64,000 nt of DNA, taken from IMG/VR virus record IMGVR_UViG_3300044645_001661, one strand, 5' to 3'. The translations under genes and the position numbers were made by a program. The notes beneath the pieces were generated by a model that did no database searches, was not told the DNA's origin, and saw only the letters and a list, made by a program, of their open reading frames with translations. The stretch comes from a virus. Lineage: Duplodnaviria > Caudoviricetes. Positions 15,221-22,543 of this stretch are shown in pieces (positions within the stretch are counted from its first letter, which is position 1; each line of letters starts with the position of its first letter).

Positions 15221-15835
15221 ATGGCACACACCGATTCGATCATCGCAATGTATTTCCAGAGCAACACTCTGGATCGGCAAACTGGTGCCCAATGGTATAA
15301 CAATGCCTATGGCATTTGTGTTACTTTGGGCGAAAAGTATGGTGTTCATTCTGACATCGTTGCAGGTGTTATCGCTGCACTTTCTCCTAACAACAAATGG
15401 GAGAGAAATGTAGAGGATGCTGAGGCAATGATCAAAGCATGGGCATACGAAATCTCCTATGATTCGGTTGCAGTTTGTTCCTACTCTGCCAACAAAGACA
15501 AGGCACAAACTATTCTCGATTTGCAACTTAATCGTGAGCAGATTGTTAAAGTTTTGCGTGGCAACAAAACTATTGCTTTCTTCCTTTGTATTGCTAACAA
15601 TGGTGATAGCGATTCTCCCTGCATTGATGGTCACGCTTACAACATTTGGAACGGAACTGTAACTAACCTGAAAGAGGTTCCTTCTATGTCAGACAAAACT
15701 TTCCGCATGATTCAAGATGCCTACCGTGACGCTGCTAAGTTAATCTCTGAGGTGTCGGGATCTTATCATTCAGCGGCACAGATTCAAGCGATCACCTGGG
15801 TTTCGTATCGCAGGATACACAAAGGTCTAGTGTGA
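15221..15835 (+). CDS. putative HhH-fold DNA glycosylase-like protein (start ATG 15221)
   Basis: GAQWY, AGVIAALSPNNKW, RGNKTIAFF, CIDGHAYNIW, AQIQAITWV. Confidence 0.6.
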   Translation: MAHTDSIIAMYFQSNTLDRQTGAQWYNNAYGICVTLGEKYGVHSDIVAGVIAALSPNNKWERNVEDAEAMIKAWAYEISYDSVAVCSYSANKDKAQTILDLQLNREQIVKVLRGNKTIAFFLCIANNGDSDSPCIDGHAYNIWNGTVTNLKEVPSMSDKTFRMIQDAYRDAAKLISEVSGSYHSAAQIQAITWVSYRRIHKGLV

Positions 15836-15892
15836 CGGATTGTTACGGGGCACCGCCAGCACCCACGGGTGCCCCATCCCATCCTGTAGAAT
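15831..15892 (+). promoter_or_regulatory. box C (TGTGA-N7-TTAC) + GGGGCACC/GGTGCCCC stem + -10 TAGAAT
   Basis: near-identical layout recurs at 16916-16967. Confidence 0.65.
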
Positions 15893-15917
15893 TTCAGAGT
15901 CAACACGAGAGAGACCC

Positions 15918-16103
15918 ATGCGGTTCTACATCCTCCCCGACCACACCGATTTCGTTCCTGCTGATCAGGAATGGTTCTACACTCAAGATGAGGCATACGA
16001 TGCCGCGTTTGATTGGAGTGCTGAACTCGGCGGAGTTCCTGTTAAGATTGGCACCTTCAATCTTGGCGGTCCTAGTTACACTGTGGCGGTTGTAACTGCC
16101 TGA
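15918..16103 (+). CDS. 61-aa protein (start ATG 15918)
   Basis: part of ORF-track 15840..16103 downstream of the promoter. Confidence 0.7.
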   Translation: MRFYILPDHTDFVPADQEWFYTQDEAYDAAFDWSAELGGVPVKIGTFNLGGPSYTVAVVTA

Positions 16104-16115
16104 GGGTAACAACAA

Positions 16116-16135
16116 CGGGGGGTGAAATTCCCCCC
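16116..16135 (+). repeat. 20-nt hairpin CGGGGGGTGAAATTCCCCCC, identical copy at 17147-17166
   Basis: exact duplicate; each lies ~25-30 nt before an ATG. Confidence 0.85.
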
Positions 16136-16163
16136 AATTCTTTACATTCAACCCCACAAGATC

Positions 16164-16325
16164 ATGGCAATCGGTATCACCATCCGTTACCAAACTCCCT
16201 ACAATCAGTGTGAGTGGAGAACGCAAACTTTCCCCACAATTGATGAGGCAAACCGCATGGTAGATTTCTATCGTTCCTGTGGTTCTCCTGCTGAGGTTGT
16301 TACTTTCCGTGAGGGGCAAAAATGA
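16164..16325 (+). CDS. 53-aa protein (IRYQTPYNQCEWR...RMVDFYRSCGSPA)
   Basis: start ATG 16164 after the hairpin. Confidence 0.7.
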   Translation: MAIGITIRYQTPYNQCEWRTQTFPTIDEANRMVDFYRSCGSPAEVVTFREGQK

Positions 16326-16432
16326 AAACATTTATGATCATTTTTGCAGTTGCGTTTCTATTCTCTCCAGCAGTTAGAAACACTACCGCGAACACTCTAC
16401 ACACCGCCGCCGCCATCATTTCTGCAGAATGA
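16322..16432 (+). CDS. 36-aa hydrophobic peptide, not in ORF track
   Basis: ATGA overlaps at both ends. Confidence 0.55.
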   Translation: MKTFMIIFAVAFLFSPAVRNTTANTLHTAAAIISAE

Positions 16433-16596
16433 CACACTATCCCTCCCGCCTTCGGTTTAAACTTCCCGCCGAAAGAATCACTGAACTTGTTGAAAAGAAT
16501 TGCACAATCCTAAGTGATGCTGAATGGATGCAATTTTTTGAAGAAATTAACACTATTTCCGATTGTAACGATTCGCCCGTTCTGGTCACGACCTGA
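16429..16596 (+). CDS. 55-aa protein, not in ORF track
   Basis: ATGA overlap. Confidence 0.5.
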   Translation: MTHYPSRLRFKLPAERITELVEKNCTILSDAEWMQFFEEINTISDCNDSPVLVTT

Positions 16597-16659
16597 CCGC
16601 CTGACCGTCTAGGATACTAACAAGCGAGGCAAGGGACCTCGCTCAACCCCAAACCGACT

Positions 16660-16920
16660 ATGTTCGCTTCGATCATCCGCACCGCCATCCGCTCCCACCT
16701 GATCCAGAACGGTCCCCAGACCTGCTCTGATCTTGTGCGGGCGATGGGTTTGGATCCCCGCCGCCATAAGGGCACCATTCACGCCCTTATGGTTGATCTT
16801 GAGACTGCAGGCACCCTGTCTGCCACCCGTGCTGATAATGGCAAGCGGGATCTGTGGTTTGTGAATTTCGATCAAATCCGCAAGCGGGATCGTATCATCG
16901 CTGCCCTCTCTGGAGTGTGA
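16660..16920 (+). CDS. winged helix-turn-helix DNA-binding protein
   Basis: IRSHLIQNGPQTCSDLVRAMGL...TIHALMVDLETAGTL...W: three helices plus a beta wing. Confidence 0.7.
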   Translation: MFASIIRTAIRSHLIQNGPQTCSDLVRAMGLDPRRHKGTIHALMVDLETAGTLSATRADNGKRDLWFVNFDQIRKRDRIIAALSGV

Positions 16921-16967
16921 ACGATTGTTACAGGGGCATCGCTAAGGGTGCCCCTACCCTCTAAGAT
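16916..16967 (+). promoter_or_regulatory. box C (TGTGA-N7-TTACA) + GGGGCATC/GGTGCCCC stem + -10 TAAGAT
   Basis: TTAC ends 31 bp before the -10. Confidence 0.7.
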
Positions 16968-17005
16968 ACATTCAAGCGGGACACACCCGCACTGCTCTAA
17001 ACATC

Positions 17006-17140
17006 ATGTTCGATCCCTTTGTTTGTGATCAGCAGATTGAAGAATACATCCCCACAGAGGATGATTGGCATTCAATCTACGATGATGATCAGGAACTGGA
17101 AATGTACTCTCTAGAGTGTTGCTTCGGTCCTGAGGAATGA
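17006..17140 (+). CDS. very acidic 44-aa protein, not in ORF track
   Basis: read from sequence. Confidence 0.65.
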   Translation: MFDPFVCDQQIEEYIPTEDDWHSIYDDDQELEMYSLECCFGPEE

Positions 17141-17191
17141 AACAATCGGGGGGTGAAATTCCCCCCTTCTCAAACTAACCCAATTCTCGCC

Positions 17192-17518
17192 ATGTTCCCC
17201 ACCGTTCTTCTCAACAATCCGATGATTGAAAAGTATAATGAACTGCGGCAGGAAGTTCTTTCTAACGAAACCCTGCAGCAGGTTCTTTATACTCTCGCCA
17301 CGGTTCTAGGTGTTATCGTAGGCGTTAGCGTTTGGTTCTACAATCGTGCCCGCCAATGGTATAACGAAGGTGGCAAAGATCTTTTCTACTTTGGTATCAA
17401 TACTAAGGCAGGAAAGGATGATGAACAGTTCGGCGTTGCTGTAGGCAAACTCTACGTGGGTTTGTATAACAATGTCGTTCACATTGGGCTCACCGATCAC
17501 AATGGGTGCCTGCCTTAA
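17192..17518 (+). CDS. membrane-anchored hypothetical protein (start ATG 17192 or 17221)
   Basis: hydrophobic VLYTLATVLGVIVGVSVWFY segment. Confidence 0.7.
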   Translation: MFPTVLLNNPMIEKYNELRQEVLSNETLQQVLYTLATVLGVIVGVSVWFYNRARQWYNEGGKDLFYFGINTKAGKDDEQFGVAVGKLYVGLYNNVVHIGLTDHNGCLP

Positions 17519-17916
17519 TTAACACTTATGGGGTGCTGAGTTCGTTATACTTAGCACCCCTACATTCGTGCGTAAGTGTAAATGTGACAGTCTGTGACAG
17601 ACAGTTGACGGTATAACGGTATCGTGATAGCGGCGGGCCGTGCCCCCTACCCCCCCTTAGCTAAAATCGATGACTCCCCTAACCTACAGAGGTGACAAAA
17701 CGAGTGAGTGATTTCATGTCCATAAGAAAAAAATTTACCAAAAATTTTCTGCCCCATAAGGTCATCAAAAACCCTCACATAAGTCTTTACGTGCAACTGG
17801 AGTATGTTATAATAAGTCTCCGAGAATCTCTATGGATTCTCATATCACACGCCCTCAAAGAATTTTCCGAGGGGGCAAAGAGGTGATATATAATGATGTA
17901 ATGAGAAAGTGAGGCG

Positions 17917-18081
17917 ATGGACAAAAAAATCTATCACATTTATGATAAAGAGAATCAGTGTGTATCTCCATGTTTATCTGAGGAAGAATTCAGTAATACT
18001 TGGAAAGAACTCACAGAAGATTCTTATGAATACGAAGAACTCGATGTTTCTTATTCAAAACAAGAAGAGGCATCTTATTGA
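17917..18081 (+). CDS. 54-aa conserved cyanophage-type protein (IYHIY...EEASY), not in ORF track
   Basis: GAGG SD; read from sequence. Confidence 0.7.
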   Translation: MDKKIYHIYDKENQCVSPCLSEEEFSNTWKELTEDSYEYEELDVSYSKQEEASY

Positions 18082-18106
18082 CAAATGCTAAGTAAACCGA
18101 TAAAAT
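18078..18106 (+). promoter_or_regulatory. sigma70-type promoter TTGACA-17-TAAAAT
   Basis: seen in sequence, upstream of the glycosyltransferase. Confidence 0.8.
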
Positions 18107-18129
18107 TGATCTGAAGGTACTTTAAACTT

Positions 18130-18912
18130 ATGGCAAAAGGATTCACAGTAAAGGCCACTGCCCCGACAAAACCAAAGGAGGAGTGGGACTATGATGCAAT
18201 TAAAGAGCGAATGAGGGGGAAGAGCATTGTATTTTGCCTCCCAGGTCGCGGATGCTCGTATACATTCCTGAAGAGCTTTGTACAACTCTGCTTTGATCTT
18301 GTACAAAACGGAATGGCAATTCAAATTTCTCAAGATTATTCTTCGATGGTAAACTTTGCACGTTGCAAAGTTCTTGGTGCAAATGTTCTCCGAGGTCCCA
18401 AGCAAATTCCTTGGGATGGTAAACTACAATATGATTATCAACTCTGGATTGATAATGACATTGTGTTTAACTCTGAAAAATTCTGGCAGATTTGTGATCT
18501 AGCACTTCCTGCAGAAGACGAAGAAGGTAATGTAGAAGAGAAAGAAATCGTTGCTGGATGGTATGCAACTGAAGATGGTCACACTACTTCCGTTGCTCAC
18601 TGGTTAGAAGAAGATGATTTCCGTCGTAATGGTGGAGTCATGAATCATGAAACCGTTGAATCGATTCAGAAGCGTCGTAAACCATTTACAGTCGATTACA
18701 CTGGATTTGGTTGGGTTCTGATTAAGAATGGTGTATTTGAGAATCTCGAATATCCTTGGTTTGCACCTAAGATGCAAGTCTTTGAGTCTGGTGCAGTACA
18801 AGACATGTGTGGCGAAGATGTCTCATTCTGTCTTGATGCTATTGACAAAGGATTCAAGATTTGGTGCGATCCTCGCGTAAGAGTCGGTCACGAAAAAACT
18901 CGCGTTATCTGA
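18130..18912 (+). CDS. GT-A fold (family 2-like) glycosyltransferase
   Basis: WIDNDIVF (DxD), YTGFGWVLIK, GEDVSFC. Confidence 0.8.
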   Translation: MAKGFTVKATAPTKPKEEWDYDAIKERMRGKSIVFCLPGRGCSYTFLKSFVQLCFDLVQNGMAIQISQDYSSMVNFARCKVLGANVLRGPKQIPWDGKLQYDYQLWIDNDIVFNSEKFWQICDLALPAEDEEGNVEEKEIVAGWYATEDGHTTSVAHWLEEDDFRRNGGVMNHETVESIQKRRKPFTVDYTGFGWVLIKNGVFENLEYPWFAPKMQVFESGAVQDMCGEDVSFCLDAIDKGFKIWCDPRVRVGHEKTRVI

Positions 18913-19067
18913 TGAAAAGATTTAATGTAATTTTTAGAGGTGAGGTGTTAGCAGAGAATCTTTCTTATGAAGATGCTGCTGACACTCTTCACGAACTTGC
19001 ATTAAAATACTTTGAGACTTATGATAACTTTAATCCTGAAGATATAACAATGGAGGAACTTGAATAA
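18912..19067 (+). CDS. 51-aa protein (start ATG 18912)
   Basis: TGATG and TAATG overlaps. Confidence 0.7.
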   Translation: MKRFNVIFRGEVLAENLSYEDAADTLHELALKYFETYDNFNPEDITMEELE

Positions 19068-19213
19068 TGGCTATTAGAAAATCTCTGAGTGGTAACAAGG
19101 TTGTAATCGAATCTAATCCTAAGAAAAGTAGGCAAGGAGATGGTAAACACACTAAGTACGCCGCTACGTCTCGCAATAAAGCTCGTAAAAAGTACAGGGG
19201 ACAGGGAAATTAA
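19067..19213 (+). CDS. 48-aa basic protein ending KKYRGQGN, not in ORF track
   Basis: read from sequence; TAATG overlap. Confidence 0.75.
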   Translation: MAIRKSLSGNKVVIESNPKKSRQGDGKHTKYAATSRNKARKKYRGQGN

Positions 19214-19216
19214 TCT

Positions 19217-19825
19217 ATGTACCTTTTAGACTCACAAGAAGAATGGAAGAATATTCACGATTCTGATCTGTGGGTCTATAATAAACTTTTTTTAAGTCGG
19301 ATACTGGGATATAACTGTGGACCTATTGGGGTTCCAGTTCCCAAGTCCGACTTTTATATTGTTCGCCCTTCTTTTAATCTATTAGGTATGGGGCGTTTCG
19401 CTCGAATAGAGTGGATAGATCAATATACAGACCATCTACATCCATCAGAGTTTTGGTGTGAAGTATTTGAAGGAGAACATATTAGTGTAGATTATAAGAA
19501 TAAACATCCAGAACTAACTGTACTTGGTACAAAAGATTTAAAAGATCCCTTATACAAATGGAGTAAATGGGAAAAGATCAATAGATTCATAGAGTTCCCA
19601 TCAGTTTTAAATGAACTCAAAGGGGACTATGAATATATTAATTGTGAATTCATAGGTAATAAATTAATTGAAGTTCATTTTAGAAGAAATCCAGATTTTA
19701 GATACGGGAATAATGTCGCAATTCCCATCTGGAATGATCAAGATATTGAAGAAGTAGACGATTATAACTATATTAGAGACGAAGATTACCGTCGAAAAGG
19801 TTTTTTGATTGATAACACGGGATAG
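19217..19825 (+). CDS. ATP-grasp-like protein
   Basis: YNKL...IVRPSFNLLGMG...FWCEVFEGEHISVDY...INCEFIGNKLIEVHFR. Confidence 0.65.
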   Translation: MYLLDSQEEWKNIHDSDLWVYNKLFLSRILGYNCGPIGVPVPKSDFYIVRPSFNLLGMGRFARIEWIDQYTDHLHPSEFWCEVFEGEHISVDYKNKHPELTVLGTKDLKDPLYKWSKWEKINRFIEFPSVLNELKGDYEYINCEFIGNKLIEVHFRRNPDFRYGNNVAIPIWNDQDIEEVDDYNYIRDEDYRRKGFLIDNTG

Positions 19826-19870
19826 CAACCCCGTAAAAAGTTCTGATTTTATCCAAAATCAGTAAGCACA

Positions 19871-20179
19871 ATGAACAAACAACCAGACCGAAACCAAGAT
19901 TATATGTATAGTATGTGGGGAACAGATCGCCTTTCAACAGATTACAATTCTATTGAGAGTTTAGAAGTTCCACCAAAAACTATGGAAGGATCTCATTTCT
20001 CACATGGAATAAGTCCATACCAAGAAAGAATGCTTCGTGAAATTGCAGAAGATGATATTGTACCAAGAAAACATAATTTTCAAGTTCAAAATGAGATTCA
20101 TGAAAAAATTAGGAATGATGAAGATTATGATGATTGGGGTTATGGTACAGAGCCAATTCCTTTAAGAGAATGGAGATAA
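19871..20179 (+). CDS. conserved cyanophage hypothetical protein
   Basis: ORF track; HEKIRNDEDYDDW motif. Confidence 0.8.
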   Translation: MNKQPDRNQDYMYSMWGTDRLSTDYNSIESLEVPPKTMEGSHFSHGISPYQERMLREIAEDDIVPRKHNFQVQNEIHEKIRNDEDYDDWGYGTEPIPLREWR

Positions 20180-20187
20180 AAAACCCT

Positions 20188-20195
20188 AATAAATA
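20188..20195 (+). promoter_or_regulatory. T4-type late promoter AATAAATA; further copies at 34173, 47410 (TATAAATA), 50868, 54316, 61702, 62681
   Basis: each lies just upstream of a structural gene start. Confidence 0.75.
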
Positions 20196-20217
20196 AATTA
20201 TAATTAAACAATAAGAA

Positions 20218-20619
20218 ATGCCTGTAGAGCGTGTCAGTCTTGGGTTTAAAGATATTAGTCTCTCGTTAAAGACCAATCCTTTAACGAGAGATATTATTGA
20301 TATTAAAAATGAAACTGCTATAGCACGTTCTGTTCAGAATTTAGTATTAACTATAAATGGAGAACGATTTTTTAATCCATTAGTTGGATCTGGAGTGAAT
20401 AGATTATTATTTGAAAATATAGATGAATTTGTTGCAGATTCTATAAAGACTCAGATTGAGATTAGTATCAATAATTATGAACCAAGAGTTGAACTAAAAA
20501 GTGTTGAAGTTACTCCAAATTATGATGAAAACAAATTTGATGTAGTAATTGTTTATACTATAGTTGGGATTGATGCTCTCCCACAACAATTATCATTCGC
20601 ATTACTGCCAACTAGATAA
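20218..20619 (+). CDS. g25: baseplate wedge subunit gp25
   Basis: FKDISLS...GERFFNP..GS...LLFE...YEPRV. Confidence 0.93.
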   Translation: MPVERVSLGFKDISLSLKTNPLTRDIIDIKNETAIARSVQNLVLTINGERFFNPLVGSGVNRLLFENIDEFVADSIKTQIEISINNYEPRVELKSVEVTPNYDENKFDVVIVYTIVGIDALPQQLSFALLPTR

Positions 20620-22536
20620 ATGTCACTAGTAAATTTCGCATCTTTAGATTTCGATCAAGTAAAGGAATCTATAAAAAGTTATCTAAGATCTAATTCAACC
20701 TTTACAGATTACGATTTTGAAGGATCTAATCTGTCTATTCTGATTGATGTATTAGCATATAACACATATATCTCTTCATATAATGCTAATATGCTATCCA
20801 ATGAGGTATTCTTGGATGGTGCAACACTCAGAGAGAACGTAGTATCTTTAGCAAGAAACGTTGGATATTTACCAAAATCCATAACAGCACCAAGGGCACT
20901 TATATCTTTTTATATTGATGTATCCGAATTTGAAAGTAATCCAGTATCCATAACTTTAAAGCAAGGTATTGTATGCACCACTTCTATTAATTTTGGCGAT
21001 AGAAGTTTTGTATTCTCAATTCCATCAGACATAACAGTTCCAGTAACTAATGGTTTTGCATTATTTGAAAATATTGAAATTTATGAAGGTGTTTATACCA
21101 TAAACAATTTTGCAGTTGATAGTTTTAATAAAAATCAAAAATTTATTTTAAATAATGCTAATATAGATACATCAACTGTTAGAGTTGCTGTAAGAGAAGA
21201 TAAGAATAGTTCAATATCTAGAGTATATAAATTTGTCGATAATATTACAACAGTAAAGAGTACTGATAATGTATTCTTCTTAAATGAAATTGAAGACCAA
21301 AGATATGAAATTATCTTTGGTGATGGAACTTTTGGTAGTAAATTAGAAAATAATAATTATATTGTTTCATCATATATTATAACCAGTGGTGAATTAGGAA
21401 ACGGTATTGAAGATTTTACATTCTCTGGTAGACTTTTTGATAATAATGGATCTCCAATTCTCTCTACAACTCCACCAGCAATATTAGTATCGCGTCCGTC
21501 TCAAGGTGGTTCTAGTATTGAGACAGTTTCCTCTATTAAAAAATATGCCCCTAGGGTATATGCATCACAAAATAGGGCAGTTACTGCAACAGATTATGAA
21601 GCATTGATACCTCAGATTTACCCAGAAACAGAATCCGTTTCTGTTTTTGGTGGAGAAGAACTAGATCCTCCAAAATATGGTAAGGTTTTTATTACAGTTA
21701 AACCAAAAAATGGTTCATATGTACCAAATAATGTAAAAGATAATTTAAAAATACAACTAAGAAATTATTCTGTGGCAGGAATAATTCCCGAATTTATTGA
21801 TTTAAAATATCTTTATATTGAATATGACGCTAGAGTTTATTATAACACCAATTTAGTTCAGAACAGTGAAGATGTTAGGACTTTGGTGACATCAAATATT
21901 ATTAAGTATTCAAAGTCTAGTGAATTAAACAAATATGGTTCTAGATTTAAGTACAGTAAATTTTTAAAGTTAATAGACGATTCTAGTGATGCTATAACAT
22001 CTAATATTACTAGAGTTTCAATGAGAAGAGATATGAAGATTCAAATTGGATCTTTTGCTGAATATGAAATATGTTTTGGTAATGAATTCCATATTAAAAA
22101 TAGATCTGGTTATAACATAAAATCTTCTGGATTTACTGTAAGTGGAATATCTGGAACTGTATATCTTGCGGATACTCCACCACAGAATGAATCTGAGACA
22201 ATCGGTAATATATTCTTATTCCGATTTGATGGACAATCAAAACCAGTTATTATAAGAAAATCTGTAGGAAATATTGATTATAAAAAAGGAGAGATTAGAA
22301 TTAACTCTATCAATATTATTGATACTGTTAAAAAATCATTTGGAGACAATATTGTTCAGTTCTCTGCAATACCAAGATCAAATGATATTATTGGAAAACA
22401 GGACCTTTATATCCAATTAGATGTAAATTCATCCACAGTCAATATGATTTCTGATGTCATTTCTTCTGGTATAGATATATCAGGATCACAATATATAGTA
22501 TCATCAAGTTATTTAAATGGAGATTTAGTAAGGTAG
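20620..22536 (+). CDS. g6: baseplate wedge subunit gp6
   Basis: LDFDQVK...DYDFEGSNLSILIDVLAYNT; SQNRAVTATDYE. Confidence 0.95.
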   Translation: MSLVNFASLDFDQVKESIKSYLRSNSTFTDYDFEGSNLSILIDVLAYNTYISSYNANMLSNEVFLDGATLRENVVSLARNVGYLPKSITAPRALISFYIDVSEFESNPVSITLKQGIVCTTSINFGDRSFVFSIPSDITVPVTNGFALFENIEIYEGVYTINNFAVDSFNKNQKFILNNANIDTSTVRVAVREDKNSSISRVYKFVDNITTVKSTDNVFFLNEIEDQRYEIIFGDGTFGSKLENNNYIVSSYIITSGELGNGIEDFTFSGRLFDNNGSPILSTTPPAILVSRPSQGGSSIETVSSIKKYAPRVYASQNRAVTATDYEALIPQIYPETESVSVFGGEELDPPKYGKVFITVKPKNGSYVPNNVKDNLKIQLRNYSVAGIIPEFIDLKYLYIEYDARVYYNTNLVQNSEDVRTLVTSNIIKYSKSSELNKYGSRFKYSKFLKLIDDSSDAITSNITRVSMRRDMKIQIGSFAEYEICFGNEFHIKNRSGYNIKSSGFTVSGISGTVYLADTPPQNESETIGNIFLFRFDGQSKPVIIRKSVGNIDYKKGEIRINSINIIDTVKKSFGDNIVQFSAIPRSNDIIGKQDLYIQLDVNSSTVNMISDVISSGIDISGSQYIVSSSYLNGDLVR

Positions 22537-22543
22537 TAATCAT

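Noticed and set aside
16660-16920. Z-alpha (Z-DNA-binding) domain
   Set aside because: wHTH shape and Trp are present, but the recognition-helix Asn and Tyr are not
15831-16932. box C as an NtcA or CRP site
   Set aside because: spacing is GTG-N9-TAC / TGTGA-N7, not GTA-N8-TAC or TGTGA-N6-TCACA; kept as an unassigned box
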